64,000 bases of DNA from Trueperaceae bacterium (lineage in GTDB: Bacteria > Deinococcota > Deinococci > Deinococcales > Trueperaceae), in assembly GCA_965214405.1 (NCBI GenBank), contig OZ243956.1, forward strand, positions 1,568,001-1,632,000, read 5' to 3'. Position numbers and translations under genes: made by a program. The notes under the pieces are model-generated. The model saw nothing but the letters and a program-made list of their open reading frames with translations, ran no database searches and was not told the origin of the DNA. Below are positions 10,932 through 21,354 of the stretch, piece after piece; positions within the stretch are counted from its first letter, which is position 1, and the number at the start of each line of letters is the position of its first letter.

Positions 10932-11816
10932 CTAAGCCGCCTCGCGCGGTCTTACGTCTCTCGCTCGAGCATAAGGCTGGCGCTCGTCGCGCTCCTCGCG
11001 GAGTTCGAACAGCACCTCGTCCGCCTCGTCCAAGTCTTCAAACATCAAGGGACCCTGCAAATCGCGGAGGTGAAAAAACACCTTTTTGCCGTCGTCGGTG
11101 CGCAAAAAGCCAAAACCGCGGTCGGCGTTTTTCTCCTCGACCACGCCCGCAAGGGTGTGACCGGTGAGCTCGAGGATTTCGTCTTCGCTGTAGCGGTCGT
11201 TGCGCTCTATCCGCGCGCGCAGCTTCTCGACGGGCAGGTACTCGTCGGCGGCGTCGATAAGCAGGTCCGAGGCGCGGTAACCGTTGGTCTGCGCCACGCG
11301 GCTCTGGGTACTCACCACCGCCACCCGCACGCCCTTGGCGGCCACCGCGTTTACGAGCGGCACGAAGTCGCCGTCGCCCGAGACGAGGACGACTTTGTCC
11401 ACGCGCTCGGCTAAATTGAGCATGTCGATGGCGAGTTCTAGGTCGACGTTGGCCTTGATGGACACGTCGCCCAGCGCGTCCCTAAAAATCCTCACGCCCT
11501 TGGTGACGACGTGGTAGCCGTTGCGGTTTAGGTAGCGGTGAAAGCCGCGGTCTCGAGCGAGCTTATTACGCATGTCCGAGCGCATCGCCTCGGGATAGGC
11601 GGGGTTGTGCAGATGCACGTAATGTTCGATGGCCTCCGCGTCAAATTCGCCCGTGTAGTAGTAGGCGCGCACCAGCACACCGGCCCCGGCGAGCACCGCG
11701 AGCAGCGCCTTGAAGTCGACTTGCATCCCCAGGCCCTCAAAGGTAGCCTTCTGAAAATTGGCACCGTCGATAAAGATGGCGACGCGCTGCGCGGTTCCTG
11801 TGTTCGTCTGCACCAT
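10932..11816 (-). CDS. NYN (LabA/DUF88, PIN-like) domain protein fused to a C-terminal cold-shock domain
   Basis: IFIDGANF, KANVDLELAIDM, LVSGDGDFVPLV; C-terminal DRGFGFLRTDDGKKVFFHLRDL (RNP1/RNP2). Confidence 0.85.
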   Translation of the reverse strand: MVQTNTGTAQRVAIFIDGANFQKATFEGLGMQVDFKALLAVLAGAGVLVRAYYYTGEFDAEAIEHYVHLHNPAYPEAMRSDMRNKLARDRGFHRYLNRNGYHVVTKGVRIFRDALGDVSIKANVDLELAIDMLNLAERVDKVVLVSGDGDFVPLVNAVAAKGVRVAVVSTQSRVAQTNGYRASDLLIDAADEYLPVEKLRARIERNDRYSEDEILELTGHTLAGVVEEKNADRGFGFLRTDDGKKVFFHLRDLQGPLMFEDLDEADEVLFELREERDERQPYARARDVRPREAA

Positions 11817-11849
11817 AAGTCAGTCTACAGGCTACACCTTTGCGGGATT

Positions 11850-11965
11850 GTGGGGAGGTGATGCGGGTAAGGCGGGGGTAGGGTGCGGAGGAGATGGGGA
11901 GGTGGGGTGTAGAGGCGGTGGGGAGATAGGGACTTCCCTATCTCCCATCTCCCCTGCTCCCCATC
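11850..11965. repeat. G-rich/C-rich short-unit repeat with central perfect hairpin
   Basis: GGGAGATAGGG(11921-31)-ACTT-CCCTATCTCCC(11936-46), flanked by TGGGGAGG-like and CCATCTCC-like units. Confidence 0.65.
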
Positions 11966-11975
11966 ACAAACTCGC

Positions 11976-13718
11976 CTACTGCGGCGCCACCACCCGCGCG
12001 GTGCCGCCGCCGCGCCGCTGGGCCTCGGCCACGGCGGTGAGCGTGTCGTCCATAAAGAAGATGCCGACCGCCGCGCCGATTTCGTCGGTGGTAGAGAAGC
12101 CTTGACCGCGCGCCCCCAGCGCCATGAGCAGCCCGGCGCTCACACGCGTTTCGACACGCGTATTGCTCGTGTTGCGCTGCGTGAAGCGGGGCGCTTCGAC
12201 GGCCTCTTCTAGGGTCATGTCGAAGTCGACCACATTGAGGATAATCTGCATCACCGTGGTGATGATGGTCGAGCCGCCTGGCGAGCCGAGCGCCAGTCGC
12301 AGGTCGCCGCCTTCAAAGACGAAAGTGGGCGACATCGACGAGCGCGGGCGCTTGAAGGGCTCGGGCGCGTTGGGACCGACCGGGTCGGACGAGAAGTCGG
12401 TGAGTTCGTTGTTGAGGAGAAAGCCGCGTCCGGGTACCACGATGCCCGAGCCGCCGATGGACTCGATGGTGGTGGTAAAACTCACCGCGTTGCCCTGCGC
12501 GTCGGCGGTAACGATGTGCGTGGTCGAGGTGCCCTCGGTGTCGGCGGTCTCGGGCGGGCCTAAGGGCGGGCTCGGGTCGTCTTGATAAGCAAAGGGATTG
12601 CCGGGCGCGGGATCATCGCCCGCCTCGTCGCCAATTTCTTCGCGGCGCGTGTCGGCGTAGTCTTGCGACAAGAGGCCCTGGACGGGCACGTTGACAAAGT
12701 CGGCGTCGCCCATGTACGCGCCGCGGTCGCTGTAGGCCAGGCGGGAGGCCTCGAGCATCCTATGAATCGCCTCTTCTCGCGGCAAGGCTCCTAGGTCGTA
12801 GCCCTCGAGCGTGTTCAAAATCAGCCCGATGGTGAGCCCGCCGCTCGTGGGGGGTGCCATCCCAACCATCGTGTAACCGCGGTATTCGGCGCTGACGGGC
12901 TCGCGCATGGGCACGTCGTAGGCGTCGAGGTCGGCCATCGTCATGTTTTGCGCGCGCACCTCGAAGGGCGGGTTCTCGACCGTCGGCGGGTTCTGCACCG
13001 CCGCCACCAAGTCCTCCCCGATGGGGCCGCGGTAAAAGGCGTTGACGCCCTCGTCGGCAATCAAGCGGAAGGTCGCGGCCAAATCGGGATTGGTAAAGGT
13101 GCTGCCGACTTCGGGCGCTTCGCCGTTGGGGAGGTAAAGCGCAGAGGTGGAGGTAAAAGCAGCGAAACGCTCCCTATTGCCCTCCACCTGGTCGTGAAAA
13201 ACTTGCGTGACTTCAAAACCGTTCTCGGCAATCTCTATGGCCGGTTGCAGCACGGTTCCCAAGTCCATCGTGCCGTAGCGCGCCAGCGCCTCCTGCCAGC
13301 CCGCCAGGGTGCCGGGCACGCCCACGGCGAGGCCGCTCGAGATGCGCTCCGGATAAAAAGAGATGGACTCACCCGTGGCAGGGTCCAAAAACATGTCGGG
13401 CGTCGCCGCCGCGGGGGCCATCTCGCGCGCGTCGATGCCGACCACGCGGTCCTCGTCGGCCAGATAGACGAGCATAAAGCCGCCCCCGCCGATGCCCGCG
13501 CTAAAAGGCTCGGTCACGTTGACCACCGCCGCGGCGGCGATAGCGGCGTCTACCGCGTTGCCGCCCGCCTCCAACACGCTGATGCCGGTTTGCGTCGCCA
13601 GTTCGCTCACCGTGGCGACCGCGCCGCCCGTCCCGGATTGCGCGCTCTGGGCGAGGGCCAAGGGCAAAACGAACAAGGCGAGAAGCGGGACGAAAGAACG
13701 TCTTAAAAATTTGTGCAT
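11976..13718 (-). CDS. ggt: Gamma-glutamyltransferase (signal peptide)
   Basis: GGNAVDAA, GIGGGGF, IDARE.AP, nucleophile TTH, LNNELTDF, KRPRSSMSP, GSPGG. Confidence 0.95.
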   Translation of the reverse strand: MHKFLRRSFVPLLALFVLPLALAQSAQSGTGGAVATVSELATQTGISVLEAGGNAVDAAIAAAAVVNVTEPFSAGIGGGGFMLVYLADEDRVVGIDAREMAPAAATPDMFLDPATGESISFYPERISSGLAVGVPGTLAGWQEALARYGTMDLGTVLQPAIEIAENGFEVTQVFHDQVEGNRERFAAFTSTSALYLPNGEAPEVGSTFTNPDLAATFRLIADEGVNAFYRGPIGEDLVAAVQNPPTVENPPFEVRAQNMTMADLDAYDVPMREPVSAEYRGYTMVGMAPPTSGGLTIGLILNTLEGYDLGALPREEAIHRMLEASRLAYSDRGAYMGDADFVNVPVQGLLSQDYADTRREEIGDEAGDDPAPGNPFAYQDDPSPPLGPPETADTEGTSTTHIVTADAQGNAVSFTTTIESIGGSGIVVPGRGFLLNNELTDFSSDPVGPNAPEPFKRPRSSMSPTFVFEGGDLRLALGSPGGSTIITTVMQIILNVVDFDMTLEEAVEAPRFTQRNTSNTRVETRVSAGLLMALGARGQGFSTTDEIGAAVGIFFMDDTLTAVAEAQRRGGGTARVVAPQ

Positions 13719-13871
13719 GTATATCCTCTCTGCAAATTTGTTAACAACATTTCACCAGTGACGCCCACCAAAAAAGCTTTCTCACCTCCTTCACTTTGTG
13801 TGAAGCGCATTCTAACCGAGTGGGAGGGTGAGGGGGTCCTGCAAAGAAAAAGCCTTAATCCGACTGCTGCG

Positions 13872-14603
13872 TTACTTAACCTTGGCTGTTTCACCTAACA
13901 GCGCCGTTAGCCCCGCCACCGCCTCCTGACGAACAGACGCGTGGGCGACGGAACTTAGCGGCGTGGCTTCGGGATTGATTTCAATCACAAACGCGCCCCG
14001 CTGCGCCGCCAGCCGCCCCAAACTCGCGGCGGGCTCAACCAGCGCCGACGTGCCGATGACGAGCGCGACCTCCGCACTCGCAAAGGCGTCTACCGCTGCG
14101 GCGAACGTTTCCTGCGGCAGCGTTTCGCCAAACCAGACGACGTTGGGGCGCGCCCTCGAGCCACAACTCGAGCAGCGTGGGGGAACAGCAAAGTCAGTCT
14201 CGAGCCCCTCCACACGCCCACACGCCTCACAGCGACTTTTGGTGATATTGCCGTGAAGCTCGAGCACCCGCCCTGACCCCGCCCGTTCGTGGAGACCGTC
14301 AACGTTTTGTGTAACCAACGCAAAGCTGGGAGTTTTCGCTTCTAAGTCAGCAAGCAGCCGGTGCGCCTCGTTGGGCTCTGCCGCCGCAACGATGTCAAAG
14401 CGCATCTTGTACCATTCCCAGACGAGTTCCGGGTCCCTTGTATAGGCTTGCGGGGTCGCCAACTCTTCCGCGCGGTAGCGCCGCCACAAGCCGCCCGCGC
14501 CGCGAAAGGTTGGGATGCCCGAGGCCGCCGACACGCCCGAACCTGTCAAGACCGCCACACGTTCTGCGGCCTGGAGCCTTGCTCGAGCCTCCCTCACATC
14601 CAT
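13872..14603 (-). CDS. cobB: NAD-dependent protein deacylase (sirtuin, class III)
   Basis: GSGVSAASGIPTFRG, TQNVDGLH, ELHG, CxxC..CxxC, RPNVVWFGE. Confidence 0.92.
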   Translation of the reverse strand: MDVREARARLQAAERVAVLTGSGVSAASGIPTFRGAGGLWRRYRAEELATPQAYTRDPELVWEWYKMRFDIVAAAEPNEAHRLLADLEAKTPSFALVTQNVDGLHERAGSGRVLELHGNITKSRCEACGRVEGLETDFAVPPRCSSCGSRARPNVVWFGETLPQETFAAAVDAFASAEVALVIGTSALVEPAASLGRLAAQRGAFVIEINPEATPLSSVAHASVRQEAVAGLTALLGETAKVK

Positions 14604-14609
14604 TCAGCG

Positions 14610-16076
14610 TTACTGACTTTCGCTTACCGTGTCCTCGCTCACCTCGAGGGGCATCTCGGCGGGGACGGGCGAGGCGACGATGGACAAGACGCGGCGCTCG
14701 TCGGCCTCCTCGACCGCGAAGCTGTAGCCGCCGTAGTCGTAGCTCTCGCCGGAGGTGGGGATGTAGCCGAATCTAGAAATAAGAAAGCCCGCCAGCGTGT
14801 CGTACTCGCCCTCTTCGTCAAAGGTGAGTTTGAGCGCGGTTTCGACCTCATCTAGGTGCGCCGAGCCGAGGATGCGGTAGCGGTCGCTCTCCAAAGGAAG
14901 AATCTCTTCTTCCCCCTCCTCGTCGGTCTCGTCGTAAATTTCGCCTGTGACCTCTTCGATAATGTCTTCCAAAGTCACCAACCCCGCGGTGCCGCCGAAC
15001 TCGTCCACCACGATTGCCATGTGGTTTTTACGGATACGCATGTCGCGCAGCAGGGACAAAATATCGAGTGTTTCGGGCACGTACTGCGAGGGCGTCATGA
15101 GTTCCGAGACGCGCGTGTTTTGAATCGCGTCGGGGCGCTTGAGGTAGGCCAGGAGGTCTCGAGCGTAGACGATGCCCCGCACATTGTCAATCGTATCGGT
15201 GTAGACGGGAAAGCGGCTGTAGCCGTGCTCGGTCACGACCGTCAACAGGTCATTCAGCGTGGCCTCTTCGGGCACCGCCACCACGCCCACGCGCGGCGTC
15301 ATCACCTCCCGTACGACGGTTTCTTCAAGCTCGATGATGCCCCGAATCATCTCCTGCTCTTGGGCCTCGATGACGCCCGACTCCTCGGCGCTGCGGAGCA
15401 TTAAGCGGAGTTCGTTTTCGGTAATGAGCGGCATCGAGGCGGGCTCTAAGCGGAAAAGTCGCAGGATGGACGAGGCCACAAAGGTGAAAAATATGCCCAC
15501 CGGGTAGAGCACCACCGAGAGCAGGTATACGGGCTTGATAATCACCCGCGACATCGCCACCGCGTTATGCACCGCGAACGATTTGGGCGTGATTTCGCCG
15601 AAGATGAGCACCAGAAGCGTCATCACGCCCGTCGCATAGGCGATTGCCGCCGCCTCGGAGGTGCCCAGCGAGGCGGCGAGTTGCAGCGTAATCTGCGTGA
15701 CGAGCGCGGTCGCCGCGATGTTGACTAAGTTGTTGCCGATCAGCAGCGTGGTGATAAAGCGGGTGGGGTCCCTTTCCAAAAGCGCAAAGGCGCCCGTCGG
15801 GTCTTTGCCCTCCTCGCGGAGCTGGCGGATTTTCCAGTGGCCTACCGCGGTCAGCGCCGTTTCCGAGCCCGACATCAGGCCCGAGAGGATGAGCAGCACG
15901 ACGAGCAGCACGATCTTGTAGGGCGATATGCCGCCCTCCCCGGAGGCCTGAGCGAACGCGAGCGAGAGGGGCAAAGAAAGGAGTAAGAGCCAGCCCGCCT
16001 TGGCGAGGCTCGAGGGAACTATGGCGGGTAAGAGGGTGGGTAAGAAACGTATTCGGTCCGGTGAGTTGTCTTCCAT
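14610..16076 (-). CDS. CNNM/hemolysin-family protein (DUF21 + CBS pair + CorC)
   Basis: SGSETAL, LLIGNNLVNI, FGEITPK, VREVMTPR, GYSRFPVY, VDEFGGTAGLVTLEDIIEE. Confidence 0.92.
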   Translation of the reverse strand: MEDNSPDRIRFLPTLLPAIVPSSLAKAGWLLLLSLPLSLAFAQASGEGGISPYKIVLLVVLLILSGLMSGSETALTAVGHWKIRQLREEGKDPTGAFALLERDPTRFITTLLIGNNLVNIAATALVTQITLQLAASLGTSEAAAIAYATGVMTLLVLIFGEITPKSFAVHNAVAMSRVIIKPVYLLSVVLYPVGIFFTFVASSILRLFRLEPASMPLITENELRLMLRSAEESGVIEAQEQEMIRGIIELEETVVREVMTPRVGVVAVPEEATLNDLLTVVTEHGYSRFPVYTDTIDNVRGIVYARDLLAYLKRPDAIQNTRVSELMTPSQYVPETLDILSLLRDMRIRKNHMAIVVDEFGGTAGLVTLEDIIEEVTGEIYDETDEEGEEEILPLESDRYRILGSAHLDEVETALKLTFDEEGEYDTLAGFLISRFGYIPTSGESYDYGGYSFAVEEADERRVLSIVASPVPAEMPLEVSEDTVSESQ

Positions 16077-16309
16077 CGGTGCCTGAATTGTAGCACGCCC
16101 CGTGAGAGGCCAATGATAGGTCAAGTGCAAATTCCTTTATGTAGCTAAGCAGCTACGTCCAACTTTGTAAAGAGTATGGGGAGTTCGGTTCTTTCACGCT
16201 CTACAAAACGCCGCCCACCCCTGGCCTGAAGTATAGAGGAGCGCTCCCCCCACTGCAAGGCTTTGGAGAACGCTAAAGGGCGTTATACTCCCCCTCGAGG
16301 AGGCACCCC

Positions 16310-16912
16310 TTGGCTTATATCGTCGTCGAAGGCCCCATCGGTGGGGGAAAGACGAGCCTGAGCAGGCTCTTGTCCGCAGAACTCCAGGCGCGGCTCGTGT
16401 TAGAAGTCGTTGAAGAAAATCCCTTTCTGGCTCCCTTTTACGAGGACCCCGCGCGCTACGCGTTTAACGCGCAAGTCTTCTTTTTGCTGTCGCGCTACAA
16501 GCAGGTGCTCGAGCTCAACCAGGGTGCGCTCTTTCTCGAGCACACGGTGAGCGACTATCTGTTTGACAAAGATTTCGTCTTCGCCTCGCTCAACTTAGCG
16601 GGCGACGAGTGGGCGCTCTACGAAGAACTCTACGCGCAGCTCAAACCCAAGCTCTCCACGCCCGACCTCACCGTCTACTTGCGCGCGCGCCCCGAAGAGC
16701 TCTTGCAGCGCATCGCCAAACGGGGCCGCCCCTTTGAGAAAAACATCGAGGCGAGCTACCTCCGGCATCTGAGTGACGCTTATGAGGATTACTTTCACGC
16801 CTACCGCGGCCCGTTGCACGTCGTCGAGGCCGCCGACTACGACTTTGTCGAGCATGAGCGCGACCGCGAGAGAATCGTGGGAGACGTGATGCGCGCGGCG
16901 AGGGTGGCGTGA
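16310..16912 (+). CDS. Deoxynucleoside kinase (dAK/dGK-type)
   Basis: VEGPIGGGKTSL, ENPFL..FY, RI.KRGR.FE. Confidence 0.9.
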   Translation: MAYIVVEGPIGGGKTSLSRLLSAELQARLVLEVVEENPFLAPFYEDPARYAFNAQVFFLLSRYKQVLELNQGALFLEHTVSDYLFDKDFVFASLNLAGDEWALYEELYAQLKPKLSTPDLTVYLRARPEELLQRIAKRGRPFEKNIEASYLRHLSDAYEDYFHAYRGPLHVVEAADYDFVEHERDRERIVGDVMRAARVA

Positions 16913-16922
16913 TGGGTTCTGT

Positions 16923-17546
16923 ATGTTCATAGCCGTCGCGGGCAATATCGGCGCGGGCAAGTCGAGTTTAACCGAGATTCTGGCGCGGCGCTACGCGCTT
17001 CTGCCTGTGTTTGAAGCCGTGGACGAAAACCCTTATCTGGAGGACTTTTACCGCGACATGCACAGGTACGCGTTTCATTCGCAAATGTTCTTTTTAGCGC
17101 GGCGGCTCGAGCAGCACCTTACAAAAGTCAACCCCGCAGGCCGCGTGATTCAAGACCGCACTATTTTTGAAGACGCCAACATTTTCGCCCGCAACTTGTT
17201 CGAGGAGGGTGTGATGGATAAGCGGGATTACGGGAGCTACTGCGGCATGTACGAAGCCATCCTCCACGCCTTGCGCCCGCCCGACCTGCTCATTTACCTG
17301 CGGGCGAGCCTGCCGACGCTGCGCGCGCACATCGCGCGGCGGGGTCGAAGCTTTGAAACCTCCATCGCGGAGGACTATTTAGCTCGCCTTAACCGCTTGT
17401 ACGATGCGTGGATAAACACCTATGACCTCTCCCCCAAAGTCGTCATCGACACCGACGGCCTGGACTTTGTGGGGCGACCGGCGGATTTAGAGCGTGTGGC
17501 GGCGCGGCTCGAGCCCCACGGCCTGACCGTACCCATCCTGCCATGA
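16923..17546 (+). CDS. Deoxynucleoside kinase (second paralogue)
   Basis: VAGNIGAGKSSL, ENPYLEDFY, QDRTIFED. Confidence 0.9.
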   Translation: MFIAVAGNIGAGKSSLTEILARRYALLPVFEAVDENPYLEDFYRDMHRYAFHSQMFFLARRLEQHLTKVNPAGRVIQDRTIFEDANIFARNLFEEGVMDKRDYGSYCGMYEAILHALRPPDLLIYLRASLPTLRAHIARRGRSFETSIAEDYLARLNRLYDAWINTYDLSPKVVIDTDGLDFVGRPADLERVAARLEPHGLTVPILP

Positions 17547-19030
17547 TGCTTAGCGAACTCTTTCAAAAAGCTCTTGGTGAAGCACCCGATAATCTGCCGA
17601 ACGTAGACGCGCGGGGCGTGGCGCAGGACAACCGCCGCGTCGAACCCGGCTTTGTCTTTGTGGCTAGACGGGGCGAGATGGTGGACGGGCACCGCTTCGT
17701 CGAGGGGGCGATAGCGCGGGGCGCGGTAGCCGTCGTGGGTGAGGCGTCGGACGAGGAGCGTAGCGGGTTCTCCTGGCACGGGCGCGTCGCTTATCTTCAG
17801 GTGGAGAATGACAAAGTTGCTCTGGCAAAACTCGCCGCGACCTTTCACAGGCATCCTTCAAAAAGCCTTTTCACCATCGGCGTGACCGGCACCGACGGCA
17901 AAACGACGACCTCATACCTGCTGCACCACCTCCTTTCCGGCACCCATCCGACCGGCCTTTTGTCCACCGCAGGCGTCAAAGTGAGGGATGAGGCGTTGGG
18001 GCTTGAGGGCCACTTCACCACCCCCGAAGCGCCTGAGGTGCAAGGCCTCCTGGCCCGCTTCCGCGACGCGGGTTTAACACACGCGGTGGTTGAGTCGAGT
18101 TCGCACGGCTTTTCGCAGCACCGGCTGGACGGGGTGGATTATGACGTGGGCGTCCTGACCAACCTCAGCCCGGAACATTTAGACCACCATAAAACCTTTG
18201 AAGCTTACCGCGAGGCCAAAGGAACCTTGATGAAGCGCGCGCGCGTGAGCGTCCTCAACGCGGACGACCCGGCCTTTGATTATTTTGCGAGCGTGTCGAA
18301 TGATGTGGTGAGTTATGGCGTCGAAACTCACGCCGACTGGCGCGCAACCGACGTAGAGGAAGTGCCGGGGCTTCTAAGGTGGACGCTTCGGATTGGGGAT
18401 GACTCCTACCCCGCCGCCCTGCCGATGGTGGGCGCGTACAACGTCCACAACGCGCTCGCGGCGCTCGCGGCGGCGCATGGGGCGGGGCTCGAGCCTTCCG
18501 TCCTCCTCCAACGCCTCCGCACCTTCCCCGGCGTGCCGGGCCGGATGCAACTTGTCCAGGCCGAGCCCTTTTCCGTCGTGGTGGATTTTGCCCATACCGC
18601 CCCCGCGTTAAATAAAGCGTTGGGGGCGGTTCGTTCTCAAATTCAAGGAAAACTCATCGTCGTCATCGGCGCGGCGGGCGAACGCGACCCCGGCAAGCGC
18701 TCGCCTCTGGGCGAGGCTGCGGTGCGCGGCGCGGATGTGGCAATTTTTACAGAAGAGGATTCACGTTCCGAGGATGTCCACGCCATTCTCGCCGCGCTTG
18801 CTAGGGGTGCCGAACGCGCGGGAGGACGCGAAGGAGAAACGTTTTGGGCCATTCCTGACCGGCTCGAGGCCATTCATAAAGCTATAAATCTTGCCAAACC
18901 GGGTGACGGGGTGGTTCTGTGCGGGAAGGGTCACGAACGAACGTTAGAACGCGCCAACGAAACCCTTCAGTGGGATGAAGCCGAGGAGGCGCGGCGGGCG
19001 CTCGAGGCTCAAAAAGGCCAACAGGTGTGA
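17543..19030 (+). CDS. murE: UDP-MurNAc-tripeptide ligase
   Basis: GVTGTDGKTTT, TTPEA, ESSSHG, VPGRM, VDFAHT, GKGHE. Confidence 0.93.
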   Translation: MMLSELFQKALGEAPDNLPNVDARGVAQDNRRVEPGFVFVARRGEMVDGHRFVEGAIARGAVAVVGEASDEERSGFSWHGRVAYLQVENDKVALAKLAATFHRHPSKSLFTIGVTGTDGKTTTSYLLHHLLSGTHPTGLLSTAGVKVRDEALGLEGHFTTPEAPEVQGLLARFRDAGLTHAVVESSSHGFSQHRLDGVDYDVGVLTNLSPEHLDHHKTFEAYREAKGTLMKRARVSVLNADDPAFDYFASVSNDVVSYGVETHADWRATDVEEVPGLLRWTLRIGDDSYPAALPMVGAYNVHNALAALAAAHGAGLEPSVLLQRLRTFPGVPGRMQLVQAEPFSVVVDFAHTAPALNKALGAVRSQIQGKLIVVIGAAGERDPGKRSPLGEAAVRGADVAIFTEEDSRSEDVHAILAALARGAERAGGREGETFWAIPDRLEAIHKAINLAKPGDGVVLCGKGHERTLERANETLQWDEAEEARRALEAQKGQQV

Positions 19031-19121
19031 AGCATTTCACGTAAATTTGCACATCCAGCCCCTTTCCGGGCGGGTATATGTCTTATGAACCTGGGGCTTT
19101 CCCACCCCGTTTCTCTTCCGA

Positions 19122-19154
19122 GAACGCCGCGCCTCCCACGCGGCGTTCGTTTTT
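19122..19154 (+). terminator. Intrinsic terminator after murE
   Basis: GAACGCCGCG / CGCGGCGTTC stem followed by GTTTTT. Confidence 0.75.
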
Positions 19155-19263
19155 GTGGGGGGGGTATCATCCCGTCTGAGACAAACTTGCTTAACGCTTG
19201 ATTATCCACGCAGTTCCAAAGATGATACCTGCGGTGAAGGACTTGGTGAAGTTGCAAATCATC

Positions 19264-19309
19264 TTAATGAGAAAGCTCGAGCCCGCAAAGGCTCGAGCTT
19301 TCTCATTAA
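19264..19309. terminator. Perfect 20-bp inverted repeat, probable dps terminator
   Basis: TTAATGAGAAAGCTCGAGCC-CGCAAA-GGCTCGAGCTTTCTCATTAA. Confidence 0.7.
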
Positions 19310-19326
19310 AACGTGTGGATATCAGA

Positions 19327-19848
19327 TTATTTCGCGTCGACGCCGCCAGCCTGTAAGTGAGACTGTAAAAAGTAGAGTTCTTTATCAACCCCGCGCGAGA
19401 TTTCAGTAAACATGTCCGCGGTCGTCGGGTCGCCCAAGCCTTCGGATTGTTCGATGGCGTCGCGGGTGCTTCTCGAGTAGGCCGCGACGCGGTCAACGAC
19501 CGCCTCTAGGTGCTCGTGGCCCGCGACCGCGTCGGTCGGGTACTCGGGCTGGTTCGAGTTGGCCGCCGCCATTCGCACCGTGCCCATCGCGTAGCCGCCC
19601 AGCGCGGTCGCACGCTCGGCGATCATGTCTGAATAGGGCTGAATGGCTTCGGCTACGTGGTCAAAAAGTTCGTGGAGCTGGAAAAAGTGAATGCCCTTGA
19701 CGTTCCAGTGCGCCTGCTTGACTTGCGTATAGAGATCGGTCGTGCTGGCAAGCTGCTGGTTGAGCAAGTGTACGAGCTTTTCACGGGTAGCTTCGTCAAA
19801 GCCGATTTGGGTATCGAACATGCGGTCTTTGGGTGCGGTCATCGCCAT
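19327..19848 (-). CDS. dps: DNA starvation/stationary phase protection protein Dps
   Basis: KQAHWNVKG..FFQLHELFD, DMIAERATALGG, DPTTADMF. Confidence 0.95.
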   Translation of the reverse strand: MAMTAPKDRMFDTQIGFDEATREKLVHLLNQQLASTTDLYTQVKQAHWNVKGIHFFQLHELFDHVAEAIQPYSDMIAERATALGGYAMGTVRMAAANSNQPEYPTDAVAGHEHLEAVVDRVAAYSRSTRDAIEQSEGLGDPTTADMFTEISRGVDKELYFLQSHLQAGGVDAK

Positions 19849-20076
19849 AGTAGAGGGTTCCTTTCCGGAATGGTCTTACTTCAAGAGATAACTTCGAGAT
19901 TATCTCGGATGTGTGACCTCAAATATAAACGGAATAGTCCCGAAAAACTGCGTGCTAATCTCCCATTTTCACCGTTTCTCGGTAGGGGTGATGACACAAG
20001 CTCTCCTTTGGATGGACTCGAGCCCTGACACCCTCACTACACCCTCTGCCACTCACTTTTGTCATACACTTGGACC

Positions 20077-21354
20077 ATGCGCGCCGCAGATTTTATCGCC
20101 CAAAAACGTGTGGGCGAAGAGCATTCTTTAGAAGATTTGAACGTGTTTGTCATGGGTTATGTCCGGGGCGAGGTGCCCGACTACCAAGCCGCCGCCTGGC
20201 TCATGGCGGTGTGCTGGCGGGGCATGAGCCCCCGCGAAACCGCCGACCTTACGCAAATTATGGCGGCGTCGGGTGACACGCTCGAGCTAAGTAGTTTCCC
20301 CCACACCGTTGACAAACACTCGACGGGCGGCGTGGGCGATAAAACGAGCCTGGTGCTCGCGCCGCTGCTCGCCTCCTGCGGCGCGACCGTCGCCAAGATG
20401 AGCGGGCGCGGGCTCGGGCACACGGGCGGCACGGTGGACAAACTAGAGAGCGTCCCCGGCTTTCGCGCGACTTTAAGCGAGCGCGAGTTTTTGGCGCAGG
20501 CTCGAGAGGTCGGCGTGGTCATAAGCGGCCAATCCAAAGACCTGGCCCCCGCCGACGGCCTCCTCTACGCCCTGCGCGACGCCACCGCCACCGTCGCCTC
20601 GCTCCCGCTCATCGCCAGTTCCATCATGAGTAAAAAGCTAGCGAGCGGCGCACAGTCCATTGTGCTGGACGTAAAAGTGGGGAGCGGCGCGTTTATGAAA
20701 ACGCCTGACGAGGCGCGCGAGCTGGCCCAAGCGATGGTCGATATCGGCGCGCGCGCCGGACGCAATACTCGAGCGCTCATCAGCAGCATGGCGGAGCCTT
20801 TGGGGTACGCGGTGGGGCACGCGCTCGAGGTGCAAGAGGCGGTGCGCTGTCTCAAGGGCGAGGGGCCGGAGGATTTAGAAACGCTCTGCATCACGCTGGC
20901 GGCGGAGGTCTTAAACGCGTCCGGGCTTAACAGAAGCCGTGAGGACGTTGCCCGAAAGCTCTCAAATGGCGAGGCGTACGCAAAGTTTGAGGCGTGGATA
21001 GCCGCGCAAGGGGGCGAGGTGGCGCGGTTGGGGGGGCTTGAGCTTGCCCCGAGACAGCATCAAATAAAAGCGTCCCGAAGCGGTTATGTGCGCGAAGTCG
21101 AAGCGCTCAAGGTCGGGGAGGCGGTCAAAATCCTGGGCGGCGGGCGCAGCAAAAAGGGTGACGCCATAGATTTAGGCGTAGGCGTGATGCTGCACACCAA
21201 AGTCGGTGACGAGGTTGAAGCGGGTGCGCCACTCGTCACGGTTTATCACAACACGCGCGGGCTGGAGGAGGCGGTGCGGCTTCTCAAAGACGCTTTCACC
21301 TTTTCAGATGAGCCGGTGGAGGTGCCTCCTCTGATTCTCGAGACCCTGGCGTGA
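20077..21354 (+). CDS. pdp: Pyrimidine-nucleoside/thymidine phosphorylase
   Basis: [45 protein letters not shown]; leaderless TACACT-6nt-ATG at 20077. Confidence 0.93.
   Translation: MRAADFIAQKRVGEEHSLEDLNVFVMGYVRGEVPDYQAAAWLMAVCWRGMSPRETADLTQIMAASGDTLELSSFPHTVDKHSTGGVGDKTSLVLAPLLASCGATVAKMSGRGLGHTGGTVDKLESVPGFRATLSEREFLAQAREVGVVISGQSKDLAPADGLLYALRDATATVASLPLIASSIMSKKLASGAQSIVLDVKVGSGAFMKTPDEARELAQAMVDIGARAGRNTRALISSMAEPLGYAVGHALEVQEAVRCLKGEGPEDLETLCITLAAEVLNASGLNRSREDVARKLSNGEAYAKFEAWIAAQGGEVARLGGLELAPRQHQIKASRSGYVREVEALKVGEAVKILGGGRSKKGDAIDLGVGVMLHTKVGDEVEAGAPLVTVYHNTRGLEEAVRLLKDAFTFSDEPVEVPPLILETLA

Noticed and set aside
13872..14603. Sirtuin as a SIR2 defence NADase
   Set aside because: It is a canonical zinc-binding CobB-type deacylase in a housekeeping context.
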